In this document: in pieces, positions 1 to 11,501 of the stretch
How positions within the stretch are numbered: position 1 is the first letter of the stretch
How the letters are laid out: the number at the start of each line of letters is the position of its first letter
NCBI RefSeq assembly: GCF_000143415.4
Contig: NW_003314319.1
Span: forward strand, 958,365 to 1,022,364
Source: Selaginella moellendorffii
Lineage: Eukaryota; Plantae; Lycopodiophyta
Length of the DNA: 64,000 nucleotides
Direction of reading: 5' to 3'
The notes under the pieces: model-generated
Told to the model about the DNA's origin: nothing
What the model saw: the letters and a program-made list of their open reading frames with translations, nothing else
The model's database searches: none
Made by a program: the position numbers and the translations under genes

Positions 1-722
1 ATCGCTGTGATTTATGAAGTCTTAAGTTGGATAATTTGGAAATACTATATTATTACTATACGAAGACATGACCGAATACGGTAATAACAATCTGCTAAAC
101 TATATGCAGCCGTCAAATCTTAATCCTTTCCACGTGTACAAAGTTAAGAGCTTCATCTCATCCTTGAGACCTCAGCTTTCAAGATAAGCTTATGATACTC
201 ACTCTAAAGCCTGGACTTCAGGTCTTCAAAGCTACTGTAGAGTAGATCCTCAAGGTGATGGTGATTGAAGAAGAGCATGGGCAACCCTAGACCAGTTTGC
301 AGAGTACAAGTCAAGACAGTTTCCAGCATACTCATCCGACTGGCCTCGGCGATGTGCTAGTCATAACATGCTCGATACTGGAAAGGCCATGTCGTAATTG
401 TCTGGAGCTTCCATCAAGCGTGTGCCGTCTTAATCTCCAGCCCATTTGCATCCGCAATCCAAAGAATTAATATTAAAGTACAAACAAAGAAGAGAATCGT
501 ATAATTTCAAGCGTTAGGTGCCTCTGCGTTTACACTGCTAAATAACTTGGAAAAACAAAGGGACAAGAAATGCACGCCATAGTGTGAGTGTCACAGACGC
601 AAAAAGTGTTTAGAGTCCAGTTGAATCTTGAAATATGAAAATGTATTATACAATTTCAAGAGATTCTATTGTTTGCAAGAAAAGCTCGAAAGTAGGATTT
701 TCTTTTAGGGTTCTTGGCCGCG

Positions 723-1163
723 ATGGCGGAAGGAGAGGATCCGCCGCCCAAGGCTTTCAAGTTTTCGTGCACGCCCGCATTGGATGCGCTCTGGTTTTGC
801 TACTGTAAGTGTGTGCTCCTTCACATTCATAGCATCTAAATGTTTTTTTTGGCTCTCGCAGCGCCCGTATTCCAGCTCCGAGAATACTACCGGGAAGGCA
901 CCTTCAACACTTGCACAGACAAATTCTGGGATGTGATGAACTGCTTCCGCCTCAAGACGAAGAAACTGGCCGAGGCTCAGGTCAATCTCTCTCGCTCTCG
1001 CTCACTCCAGAGTGAGTTTCTTACGATTTCTCCGCAGGTAATCATCGAAAGCGAGAATCGGAAGCGCGAGCAACCGCTGTTTTGGGAGCTGCGATCCAAG
1101 GAAGAAGCAACCGAAGCCTGGAACAAAGATTTCCCCGATATGAAGGAGAGTGATGGTCTTTAA
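723..1163 (+). CDS. EMI1/DUF3128-like small twin-Cys protein (3 exons)
   Basis: ATG at 723. Splicing out introns ~805-861 and ~981-1037 gives MAEGEDPPPKAFKFSCTPALDALWFCYSPVFQLREYYREGTFNTCTDKFWDVMNCFRLK...FWELRSKEEA, matching the CxxxxDxxxxC...QxxxYYRxGxxxxC pattern. Confidence 0.75.
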
Positions 1164-1266
1164 ATCCTCGTTCTCAGCAAGAAAGTGGTCCTCAAGAGAT
1201 CAAACTTTGCTCGTGACGATCTGGATCATTCCAACGAAGATCTAGACATTGCCAAGGAATTCCTTC

Positions 1267-1737
1267 TCAAGCCCGCTTTCCACTGTTGGGATTGGATTGA
1301 GGGACGAGCACCTTGCGGCCCTTTCGCCGCCGCCGCCGCAGCACATTCCTCCCGCCGGGCGTCGACATCCTCTTCCGGAATCCCTGCGCCCTCGCCCGCG
1401 ACTTGCGAGACCTGGATCTCTTGGTGCATGCCATGGATGCCTTGCCCGCTCTCACTACCAGCTGCCGCGGCCGCTTCTTCGCTCCATCCACGCACACCGG
1501 CGCCGAGAAGAGCCCCCACGACGATCCTCCTGTGAGATTCTAGCGTTGAATCGATTGGTGAGGGAAGGAATCAATCGGACCTGAGAAGAGCGCTCCCCGC
1601 GCGGATGAGAGAGACGACGCCGCGGCCGTGGGCGCGAACGAGGACGCATCGAGACCTAATCGAGAGGAGGAGGAGGAGATTGGGCGTAGGGCGAGTGTTC
1701 TTCCCAGCGATGGTGCCATAGCCATTGCGAGCGCCAT
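1267..1737 (-). CDS. RPL34: Plastid 50S ribosomal protein L34 precursor (2 exons)
   Basis: Ser/Ala-rich transit peptide exon, then [42 protein letters not shown], the bL34 signature. Confidence 0.92.
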
Positions 1738-1810
1738 CTTATCCCCTGTTTTTCACAAACCCTAAAAAGGTAAAGGGGTAAAGCAACATGGAATAGTTAT
1801 TTCCCCTTTC
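1738..1810. promoter_or_regulatory. 73-bp divergent promoter interval with telo-box (AAACCCTAA)
   Basis: AAACCCTAA at ~1757-1765, between the head-to-head RPL34 and PPR start codons. Confidence 0.6.
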
Positions 1811-4423
1811 ATGGCATTTGCCCTAACCCCAAGCTCCACTCTTCTTGGCAAATCCCACGCCCTAGACAACGATTTCGTTGCGAGGTATGCCGATCTCATC
1901 CGCCAGTGCCGCGATTCTGGCGCTCTCGCCCAGGGCAAGCTCCTCCACGCGCGGCTCGCGAGATCGCTGCTCGACACCCACACATTCCTGGGAAATCTCC
2001 TCGTCGAGATGTATGGGAGATGCGGCAGCACCGCCGACGCTGCCGCGGCCTTCGATCGAATCGCGAATCGCAATGTTTTCTCCTGGACGATCCTCATCGC
2101 GGCATTTGCCCGGAATGGCCAATCCGTGCCAGCGATGGTGGCGTTCCAGCAAATGGATCTGGAAGGGGTTCGCCCAAACAAGGTCACGTTCTTGGCTATG
2201 GTGGACGCGTGCTCTGGCTATGGCTGCCCTGCCCAGGCACTGGATCTTCACCAGCGAGTCCTCGCATCGATCGAATTCGATCTTGTGCTTGCGACCGCGA
2301 TCATCAGCATGCTGGGGAAGTGTGGGATCATCGCCGCCGCGGAGGAGGAATTCCTGGCCAATCTCGAGGAAATCGAGAGCAAGCGATGCGTGATCGCGTG
2401 GAATGCCATGCTTGCTGCGTATGCCCGCAATGGTTGCCATCGCGAGTGCCTGGATCTCTTCCAAGAGATCGTGGAGCTCGATCAGGGTTTGCCCGACGCT
2501 GCGACAATCGCCTCTGCCCTCTCGGCGTGTTGCGATCCCAAGTTCTTGGATCCAGGGAAAGCAATCCACGCAAGAGCGATCGCTGACGACCGGATGGATC
2601 GATCCACCGTGGTGGGAAATTGCATCGTGAGAATGTACGCTCAGTGCCAGAGCTTTGACGATTCGATGGCCGCATTTGAAGAGATCACTGCCAAGAACGC
2701 CGTGTCATGGTCGATCGCGATGGCGGCGCTCGTCCAGGCCGGGCGATCCGATGAGGCCGCGCGATTGCTGTGGCGGATGGATCTGGATGGAACCAAGCCA
2801 GACAAGATCGCAATGGTGAGCACGATTGGCACATTTGGCGAAAGCATCCCCCCAATCTCCAATCCAAGACCCCAAGAACTCGCCGCGAGGGCTCGCGCAG
2901 CTGGATTACACACCGATCCCTTCGTCGGCAGCGCGATCGTGAGCATGCTTGCTCGATCCGGGATCTTGGACGATGCGTGTGAATCGTTTGCCGAGGTCTC
3001 GGACAAGCGCGATATCGTGGTGTGGAATTCTTTGCTAGCGGCACTGGAGAGCCAGGAAGCGATCGAGCTCTTCCATCGCCTGTGCTTGGAAGGAATTGCC
3101 CCAAATCCAGCCACCCTCGTCAGCGTCTTCGATGCGTTGTCCACGCTTGGCTGCGATGATCGTGATCGCGCGCTCGCGATGGCGATCAAATTGGAGTCAC
3201 TGATCGCGAGCTCGATGGATCTATCATCCAATCCATCAATGCTGCTCGTCCTAGAGAATTCGATGATCAACGCGTTTGGCAAGCTTGGCAGCCTCGCGGA
3301 CGCGCGGCGGATCTTCGATGGGATGAGGAATCGCAGCGTCGTGTCGTGGACCGCGATGATCGATGCGTACGCGCGGCAGGGATTCCATCGCGAGGCGCTT
3401 GTTCTCTTTGAGCAGATGGATTTCGATCAAGAGATCCAGCCCAACGATTTCACCTTGAGCACCATCCTCGCGTCGTGTGCGAGAGTGGGAGAGATTGCCA
3501 AGATCCATGCGAGAGCTCAGTCGATTCATGGGGATCTAGATCTTGGCGCTGTGGTTGGATCGGCCTTGATCGCCAGCTATGGCGATTGCGGCTGCGTGGA
3601 GGAATCTCTCAGGGTCTTCCAAGAAATCAAATGCAAGAATACCGTGACATGGAACGCGATGATCGAGGCTCTTGCCAAGAACAATCAAGCCGGCGATGCG
3701 ATCCACCTCCTCCACACGATGGATCTCGAGGGCGTAAAAGCCAGCGCCGCCACGCTCGCCATTGCGATCTCTGCGTGCTCGCAGCTGGGCAGGATCGATC
3801 AAGCTCGCGAGATCCACGCTCGAGCGGCGGCGATCAACCTGGGCGATGGCGATCAGCGCGAAATATTGGGCGTGGCGATGATCAACCTGTATGGCAGGGG
3901 AGGATTGCTGCCTGATGCTCGCCGATCCTTCCAAGATCTCGCGAAGAGCAACACACGCGCATCGATAAGCTCATGGAACGCGATCGTTGCCGCGATCGCT
4001 CGCGCGGGTGATTCCAGGGGCGTGGTGGAGGCATTCCACTCGATCCATCTGGAGGGACTGGAGCCGAATCAAGCGACCTTCTGGCAGTTGCTAGCGTCGT
4101 GCTGCCACACGGGATTGCTGGACGAGGTGTGGGAGAGATTTATCTACATGAGGGAAGATCACGGAGTAGAACAGGCAAAGAGGCACTGGAGCTCGGTGGT
4201 GGATGCCCTGGCGAGGGCGGGATCCATGGGAGATGCCGCGGATGTAGCCCGGACAATGCCCTTCCGCCCTAGCACCGCAGTGTGGAAGATCTTGCTCCAT
4301 GCGTGCCAGATCCATGGTGAGGGCTGGGGTAGTGCCCACGGCGCCGCTCGCGAGGCGTCGAGGCTTCGCCCCATGGACGCCGTGCCCTATGTGCTGCTGG
4401 CCAACATGTATGCCACCTCATGA
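1811..4423 (+). CDS. PLS-class pentatricopeptide repeat protein, E-type C-terminus, no DYW
   Basis: Intronless 870-aa ORF with repeated motifs such as NLLVEMYGRCG...FDRI..RNVFSW. It ends MPFRPS..VWKILLHACQIHG...YVLLANMY. Confidence 0.95.
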   Translation: MAFALTPSSTLLGKSHALDNDFVARYADLIRQCRDSGALAQGKLLHARLARSLLDTHTFLGNLLVEMYGRCGSTADAAAAFDRIANRNVFSWTILIAAFARNGQSVPAMVAFQQMDLEGVRPNKVTFLAMVDACSGYGCPAQALDLHQRVLASIEFDLVLATAIISMLGKCGIIAAAEEEFLANLEEIESKRCVIAWNAMLAAYARNGCHRECLDLFQEIVELDQGLPDAATIASALSACCDPKFLDPGKAIHARAIADDRMDRSTVVGNCIVRMYAQCQSFDDSMAAFEEITAKNAVSWSIAMAALVQAGRSDEAARLLWRMDLDGTKPDKIAMVSTIGTFGESIPPISNPRPQELAARARAAGLHTDPFVGSAIVSMLARSGILDDACESFAEVSDKRDIVVWNSLLAALESQEAIELFHRLCLEGIAPNPATLVSVFDALSTLGCDDRDRALAMAIKLESLIASSMDLSSNPSMLLVLENSMINAFGKLGSLADARRIFDGMRNRSVVSWTAMIDAYARQGFHREALVLFEQMDFDQEIQPNDFTLSTILASCARVGEIAKIHARAQSIHGDLDLGAVVGSALIASYGDCGCVEESLRVFQEIKCKNTVTWNAMIEALAKNNQAGDAIHLLHTMDLEGVKASAATLAIAISACSQLGRIDQAREIHARAAAINLGDGDQREILGVAMINLYGRGGLLPDARRSFQDLAKSNTRASISSWNAIVAAIARAGDSRGVVEAFHSIHLEGLEPNQATFWQLLASCCHTGLLDEVWERFIYMREDHGVEQAKRHWSSVVDALARAGSMGDAADVARTMPFRPSTAVWKILLHACQIHGEGWGSAHGAAREASRLRPMDAVPYVLLANMYATS

Positions 4424-4570
4424 CACGTCAACTGTATACACCGTCCAGGTGGACCAACCCCCGAGCTCCTTTCTTTCCTGTATATTGGAAATCGATGAGA
4501 GAAGATATGGGCAAAAGCTGGTATTTTATCGCTAGTTTACACACGCGGATGCTCTAGGGCAAGCTTGAGG

Positions 4571-4980
4571 ATGGTGGAGAGCGCGGGCTGGGGCTAGGGC
4601 TACTGGGAATCACAGGCTCCGCCACGATGATCCGGCGGTGGCGGCGCGGCAAGAGCGGCAAGAGTGGCTGCGGTGGCATTGTGGAGAGATGGCGGCGGCG
4701 GCGATCATCGCTCGATGAGAGCGAGCAGCAGCAGCAGGATTTGGATCACCAGGATCGATTCGCTTGCAAGCGCGTGTGCGCGTCGGATCGGATGATGAAG
4801 CGAGTGGGCAGCTTTGCAAAGGATGTGACGCCCAGTTCGTGCGTCACTGTGTGTGGGGTCTCGGATTTGGATGCTTGTGCCGAGGCATGCGCTCGATCTG
4901 TTTGTTCTACGCAGCATCACGTCCCCAATTGGAATGATGTTTGTATGCGGCGATGCCAGAGCGAGTGCCTAAGATCATGA
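4571..4980 (+). CDS. Conserved plant Cys-rich protein (At5g64816-like), apparent 5' frameshift
   Basis: FACKRVCASDRMMKRVGSFAKDVTPSSCVTVCGVSDLDACAEACARSVC...VPNWNDVCMRRCQSECL. The in-frame ATG is at 4627; the ATG at 4571 is out of frame by one base. Confidence 0.75.
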
Positions 4981-5134
4981 GGGTATCAATGCAGAGAATT
5001 TTTTTCTCCTATACTGCGTTCTTCGTTCTTTTGTGAAACGAAAACGATCGCAAGGAGAAAAGGCTCTCGTGGCCAAAACGCCGCCCTTGGATCACGCGTT
5101 CTATTAGGTAGTTTGAATTTTAGGGCTCTTGGCG

Positions 5135-8100
5135 ATGACGGCCATGGAGGGAGTTCGCCGGCGGATGAGCGCTCTCGAGGCGGCGACGCAAGCTATGACG
5201 AAGCTCACGCAGAGGTAGGCGCCGGAGGCATAATGTAGCTTAGCTGATGCAGTGATTCATCGATCGCCTCGAAATACTTCTTCCAGTGATCCCATCCCGC
5301 AAGAAGATCACGATTTCATAGCTCGGCATCCGACATGGGAGGATCAGCTGCCTCCGATTCATGGGGTGAGCAAAGCAGCGCCGGATCGCGACCGAGCAGC
5401 GTCATCATCTTCGTCTGCCGCATTGATTGCCGCACTGGCCCCAGCGATTCCCGATTCCCCGGCAACCAAGAACTGGAAGAGGGCTTACACTGCAATCAAG
5501 AGGCTCATGGTAACTTTACTTCTTTCGACTTTAGAGAGTCCTTATTTTCTGTTTCTAGAATATAAGAAGAAAGGCGAGGCGGACTGCTGTCGGGACTGGA
5601 GCAAGAATGGAGGGCACTGCGCTTGGAATTTGGAGCCTCTACAGCCCGTCACGCTTATACATTTTCAGGCTTCTCTACAATCAGTACGTGGATAGAAGTT
5701 TATCATCCTTCCTCTAACAGGCTTTGGTGGCAGGAGAGCCGAGTATGTTGTTGTGTTTCTTATATGCTCCCATATGGTAGTGCTTATCTTCCAAGCGATG
5801 GCTGGGTCTAGGCACGAACGATGGACACACGTCCGGAGTTTCAACATCGATTTCCTGGACGGGCTCATCACGGCGCTTTATACGTAATTTGTTTCCCTCT
5901 TCGAGGTTTCCCCTCACACTTGTGTTTGCAGGATTGAAATGGTTTTACGAATTTCGGCTCTTGGTTTTATCAACGGCCGTCACTGCTACATGCGGAATCC
6001 GTACAATAGGCTCGACTTTGTCATTGTTTTCGATTCCTGGTATTGTTGAGGTTTTGTATCTGATGGTCGTAAGTGTTTCACCAGCTCTTTGCGAGGTGCA
6101 GGGTACATATCATTGCTCGAGGTGTAACTGGACATGATTTTTTCGCGCGGATAGCCGTGTTCCGCGTGTTTCGTGGCCTGCTAGCGTTGAAGCACGTCAC
6201 ATTTTTTGCCGATGTCATAGTATGGTTTGTAAAATTTTGATTTGTGCATTGTTAACACTTGACAATAGGCCATCATGGCGGCCGTGAAAAAGAGCGTTGG
6301 TCCTCTCCAAAACGTTATACTTTTGACGTTTTTCCTGTTGGTTTTCTATTCTCTACTCGGCACGCAGTTCTTGCAAAACTCGATGAATCAAAGGTAATCT
6401 CGATAGTTCTTATCACGTGATCAAAATCCTCCTGGGCAGGTGCTTTCGAACAGCGGACAAGCAACTTGCTTATCCCATGCGCTTTTGTGACAAAAAAGCT
6501 GCTGGCGGCTACGTATGTCCACCATTTCAGAACTGTATGGTGAGTTTTTTCTATAAGCTCATTCCTTATTCATCTCTTTGTTTGTAGACATACGAGAATC
6601 CCAACCATGGAGCGACAACTTTTGATTATCTCTGGTATTCGCTGCTTACCATGTTTCAGGTTTGTGTCACTTCATAGCATCTTATCGCCTTAGCACACTT
6701 CAAGGTGGTCACTCTGCAGGTGATAACTTTGGAAGGATGGAGCCTCGTCATGCAGGATGTGAAGGATGCTGAAGGGGAGCGAGCCAGTAAGGCGTTGACA
6801 TTGTTTCTTTTATTGCTTACACATTCCATTGCACCACAGATTCTTACTTTATGACGTTAATTGTTCTGGGTACATATTTCCTGGCGAACGTTTTCATCGC
6901 CGGTATCAGTGGTGTATTTCTTCGTGTTCGATCAGAGCATCAGGTGCACACTTGTTTTTAATGACCGACTGATTTGGCTTAAGTTAAGCTGTTATTATCC
7001 AGGCTTTGCTGAGGAAAGCCCGTAGAACCTCGGTGTCCTTTTACGATGCAACGATGATGGCACAAGTGCTGAAAGACAATATCGTCAAAGCCGACTCGCA
7101 CATGCCATGGTATAACCGCTTACTCAACAGGTCAAGAAAGGTGCAGCAGAATGTCGCGAGAGCATTAAGTCGGACACGGACCTCCCTGCGGACTGCCCTT
7201 CAAGCCAGATCAATGAGAGTGCGGTCCAGTAGGTCTTTCAGTCGAAGTATGACGATAGGAGTTCAAGCAGCGTTGACAGTTTCCGAAAAAAGCCGCGACA
7301 TCGTTGAACATCCCAAGTTTGAGTGGGGAGTACTTCTCAGTGTCACCATTAACGTCGTGCTCTTATCGTCCTTCAAGTATGGGATGTCAAAACGGTTGTT
7401 GCATATGCTCGGTATTCATTTCACGACTTCCTTTCTATTCGTTCAGCATGATAAATTTTGTATGCAGACGGGTTACAAGCAGTAATGCTTTTTGCTTTCA
7501 GCGGGGAACTTCTGCTGCGCTTTCTAGCATACGGTCCTGGCGATTTTCTTGACGATGGTGAGTTCTTTGTTTTCATGTTGTCTTCTGGTCTGATCCCGAA
7601 ATTTTCAGGAATGAATTTGCTGGACTTGATAGTTGTTTTGACATCTATTGTGGCACTCAGTTCTCATTCGTTTCCAAATTTAACATCAATAAGAATTATG
7701 CGGTGGTTTTACTCTTCGAAGAAGTATGTTGCAAAACATCCCAGTGTAGTGGTGAGTTGCTGCGTTCACTTTGATTGATTTTAATACGTGATGCAGGCTA
7801 CTTGCATGGAAAGTGTTGGCTCTTTGGCGGGGGTTTTTTTCTTTTTCCTTCTGGTTATCATAGTAATCTCTATCATCAGCATGGAATTGTACAGTGGGCA
7901 GTATTACAGCTTTCCTGAAGAGTATCCGCGAGGAAATCATGATTCCATACTGGAAGCCATGCTCGTCTGGTTTACAGTAACCACGGCTGAATCCTGGGTA
8001 AACCAAATGTGGAATTCCCTGCGACCTGGAGTTCAATATAAGTAAGCAGCCACTGAAGTATCTCTAGTATTGACGCCTTCGTGTTTGCAGTGTAGTGGCA

Positions 8101-11100
8101 CCGTTTTTATACGTCTTTTACTTCGTCGTGACAGTTTACGTCGTTATGAATCTTATAATTGCTGTCTTGCTCGAGAGAAACGAGCTTACTGACAACCAGA
8201 AGAAGCGAATCCAACGGGTGAGTGAGGTAAAAAATGAGAACTGCATCTAAGAACTATTTTCTTTCAGATGGAACACATGAAGTTAATCAGGAGAATGCAA
8301 AGTCAGGCACTCACAAGAAGCGGAAGCTGGGTTGTGGGCGCAGTAGAAGGAATGAAAGGTTTGCGACGGATGACAACTCGCATGTTAAGCGTCAAAGATC
8401 ACGTAAAACCGGTTAAAGCCAGGCCAAGAGAGAAGGGGTCCCAGGGTCGTCAACGCCCGGCAGTAACAGCTGCTAAGGCTGATGGGGGTACTACTGGATC
8501 CGCTTTAGAGGCCCCATCATCGGTCGTTCCAGCTGCAGAGTCTTCTGAAGCACCGCCGTCGCGTCACAGGCGTTCTTCCCAAGTTTTACAGGTTTCTGGT
8601 TTTCCGTCTAATATCGGTGAAAGGAGGGGTTCAAGGACCGCACTTCAAGATGCCGTGATAACTCTCGACAAGATTCTCAGCAGTCCAAAAATTGGCAGAA
8701 ATCTAAGCAGGGCCTCTAGCAACAGGAAATCTTTCCAGCTGTCGGAGTACGAAGAGCTCGAGAGAACTCTTACAACCATACAGAGACCGTGGTACTTGCG
8801 AGAAGGGTCGCTTCTTCTATTTGGAGAGGGCAACACGATAAGGATCCTGTCTAGGAAGATCCTCGGCAGTAAACCGTACTTGTGGTTTGTGATAGTTTGG
8901 ATGGTCATCAATACTTGGCTCGTAGTTGAGATGGGAGATGATGGAGAGCCGATAATTGTCCCCGATTTCATTTGGAGTCTGCAGAAGATCAACTTTGTGG
9001 TAAGCACATGCTTATCTTATTTTGCTCGACATTGTACATTGTTTTGGAGCAGGTCTTTTTGGTAGACTGTTTGATGAAGATCGTTGCACAGGGACTTATT
9101 TTTGCGCCAGATGCATACTTGAGTGACTGGTACAACATCTTGGACTTGTTTATTCTCGTCACCGATGCGCTTATTCTTGTGAAGTATAACGCTGAGAATG
9201 AAACTTCCATACCAACCGTCGGTGCGTTTACTTCTCTTCGGCCGTTTCGTTTCGTGGTTCGGTTTACAGGACTGAGGTCATTATTATCAAATCTTTTTCG
9301 GACTATTCCAGCAATTGTGTCGGTTATTCTCTTTACATTTTCAATTCTCCTGATATTTGGAACCATCGGGCTGCAGCAGTTTCGGGGGCTTCTCTGGAAA
9401 TGCAATGACCCGAGGATCACGCACCGAGCATATTGTACCGGCCTCTATGTTAATGACATTGGCATCCTTGCTCCGCGAGCCTGGGTTAATAACGTTTTCC
9501 ACTTCGACGACATCCAGAATGCCCTCCTCAGTATGTTCGTCTGCTCCACTTTCGACAACTGGTTGACGCACTTCATGTACCCTGTCATGGACATCACTGG
9601 GGAAGACCACCAGCCTGTTCGGAACGCGAGTCCTGTCAACGCCTTGTTTTTCGTGGCATTCTGCTGTATCGGGGGATTTTATATCGTCAGAGTTTTCATC
9701 GGGGTGTTTATCAACGAGTTTGGAAAAAATTCTGGAGCAGTTCTTCTCACAGAGAGGCAGAAGCTGTGGAGGGACATGAACCGTATCATCCAGAAAACTT
9801 ATGCTATTCCGCTGGCTCGACGACCAAGCAATCCCATCCGGGGGATGTGCTTCTACTTGATTCGCAATCCGACATATCAAAAGTGCATGATCCTCGCACT
9901 CCTTGGCTACTCCGGGCTACTTGCGACTAACTATGCTGGCCAGTCAGCAGTTGTTTCGGACCGGCGTCAGATGGCTCACTGTGCGATTACAACATATTTC
10001 CTGCTCGAATCCGTGATGAAGTTCCTTGGTGACGAGGTACCTCATTCATCGTTTTCTCGATTGTTTTTTGTTTGACCACCTGGTTTTTCCTTTCTCCAGT
10101 GGAAGGTCTATAAGAACGAGGTTGCACGGCAGATGGAGTTTGGACTCTCCATAATGGCCGCCATTGGTTTCATGGGAAAGAAGGGAACGGTGAGGGGCTA
10201 TGTGGGCCGCACTGCCTACATTGCTCGAGTTTTTTGCATCATTCCTCACGTAGCGAGAGCGCGGGTTATTATGCGAACAATGTTCATCTGTTTGCCAACT
10301 GTAGCTGAGATACTCGCTCTTCTCGCAATTTTCATGTATATGTTCGCGGGGATGGCTTTTCAACTCTTCAGTGCAATGAAGGAAGGGACCTGCATTGGCC
10401 CGTCTGTCAACTTTCGCACTTTCGTCAACGCTTTCATTGCGGTGTTTCAGGTAAAGGCTTGCTTTTCTACCACTTTCAGTTTCGCTTTTCTTTTACAGGT
10501 TACAACTCTTGATAACTGGTCTTGCGTTATGATGGATACCACAATTGATGCACCCGCCTGCACCAACGGTAAAACACTACTCGGCGATGATTGTGGCTAT
10601 CCAGAGGGCGGGATTATCTTCTTCGCCTTCTTGGTCTTGGTCGGGAGCCACATATTCATGAACTTGTTTGTGGCTGTCATACTGGATGCTGTAACCTTCG
10701 GCCTTGTGAACGAGAACTCTATGGTCATGCCAGAGCACCTGTTAGCATATCGAAACTTGTGGAGCCAAGAACCATTCGATCCCAAGTAAGCCACTTAATT
10801 ACGTTCAAGTCCTTGCGGAACTAACTTTACAATCGTCCAGTGCTACGGGATACATTGGCATGCACAAGCTGCGACGATTTGTAAACGCCCTCGGTGATCC
10901 GCTGGGCCGGCGCTACAAATACGCGACCCAATGGTTTGGCGTGTTCCTCTCAATCTCTCTTTGTCTCTCACTCGTTTTTTTCTTTGTTCTGCTCAGGTAC
11001 ATGAGAATAGAGTACGAGGTGATGAGTTTTCGAGTTCCAAACAAAGGAATCCCTTTCAAGGAGCTGCTGGAAACGCTGACGCTGTATAAGATCGGACCAA

Positions 11101-11407
11101 CTGTAAGTAGCTGCTATTCCAAGCTTTTGATACTTACGTTTGGCTCGGATTAACGCAGGGGTTGCCTCTCACTCTGCGCATCGAGCGTGAGAAGCGGATC
11201 CAGGCCGTGTACATCCAGGGCGCTGCAACGAAAATGCAGGCTCTCGTGAGAGGTTTCCTGGCGAGGATAAGAGCCGGCAAAGGTGGTGCTGCTGTGAGCA
11301 AAACCGAGGTGGCAGCTCAACAAGAATTGGAATCGACAAGGAGCAAACCCGAGGTGGTAGAGATTGCCAGGGACGTGAGAGGCGAAGCTCTCCTGGTGGG
11401 AGAATAG
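5135..11407 (+). CDS. Four-domain (24-TM) voltage-gated cation channel alpha subunit, Cav/Nav/NALCN superfamily, multi-exon
   Basis: Four pore loops: FQVITLEGW (6720), FTVTTAESW (7971), FVCSTFDNW (9536) and FQVTTLDNW (spliced, ending ~10519). S4-like segments are present, S6 reads MNLFVAVILD, there is an LWSQEPFDPK EF-like tail, and an IQ-like motif AATKMQALVRGFLAR. GT-AG introns join the exons in frame wherever checked. Confidence 0.93.
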
Positions 11408-11501
11408 TGGTGCAGTCGCAGTTTTGTATATATTGATTTAGAGGAGAAATATGTGAAACGACGTGGAGGTGAGACGTTCGAATACCAAAACGCTTCGGAA
11501 A

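Noticed and set aside
1-460. Possible gene fragment at the window start
   Set aside because: No ORF of meaningful length and no recognisable motif.
5135-11407. Two-pore channel TPC1
   Set aside because: TPC1 has two 6-TM domains; four pore loops are present here in one continuous gene.
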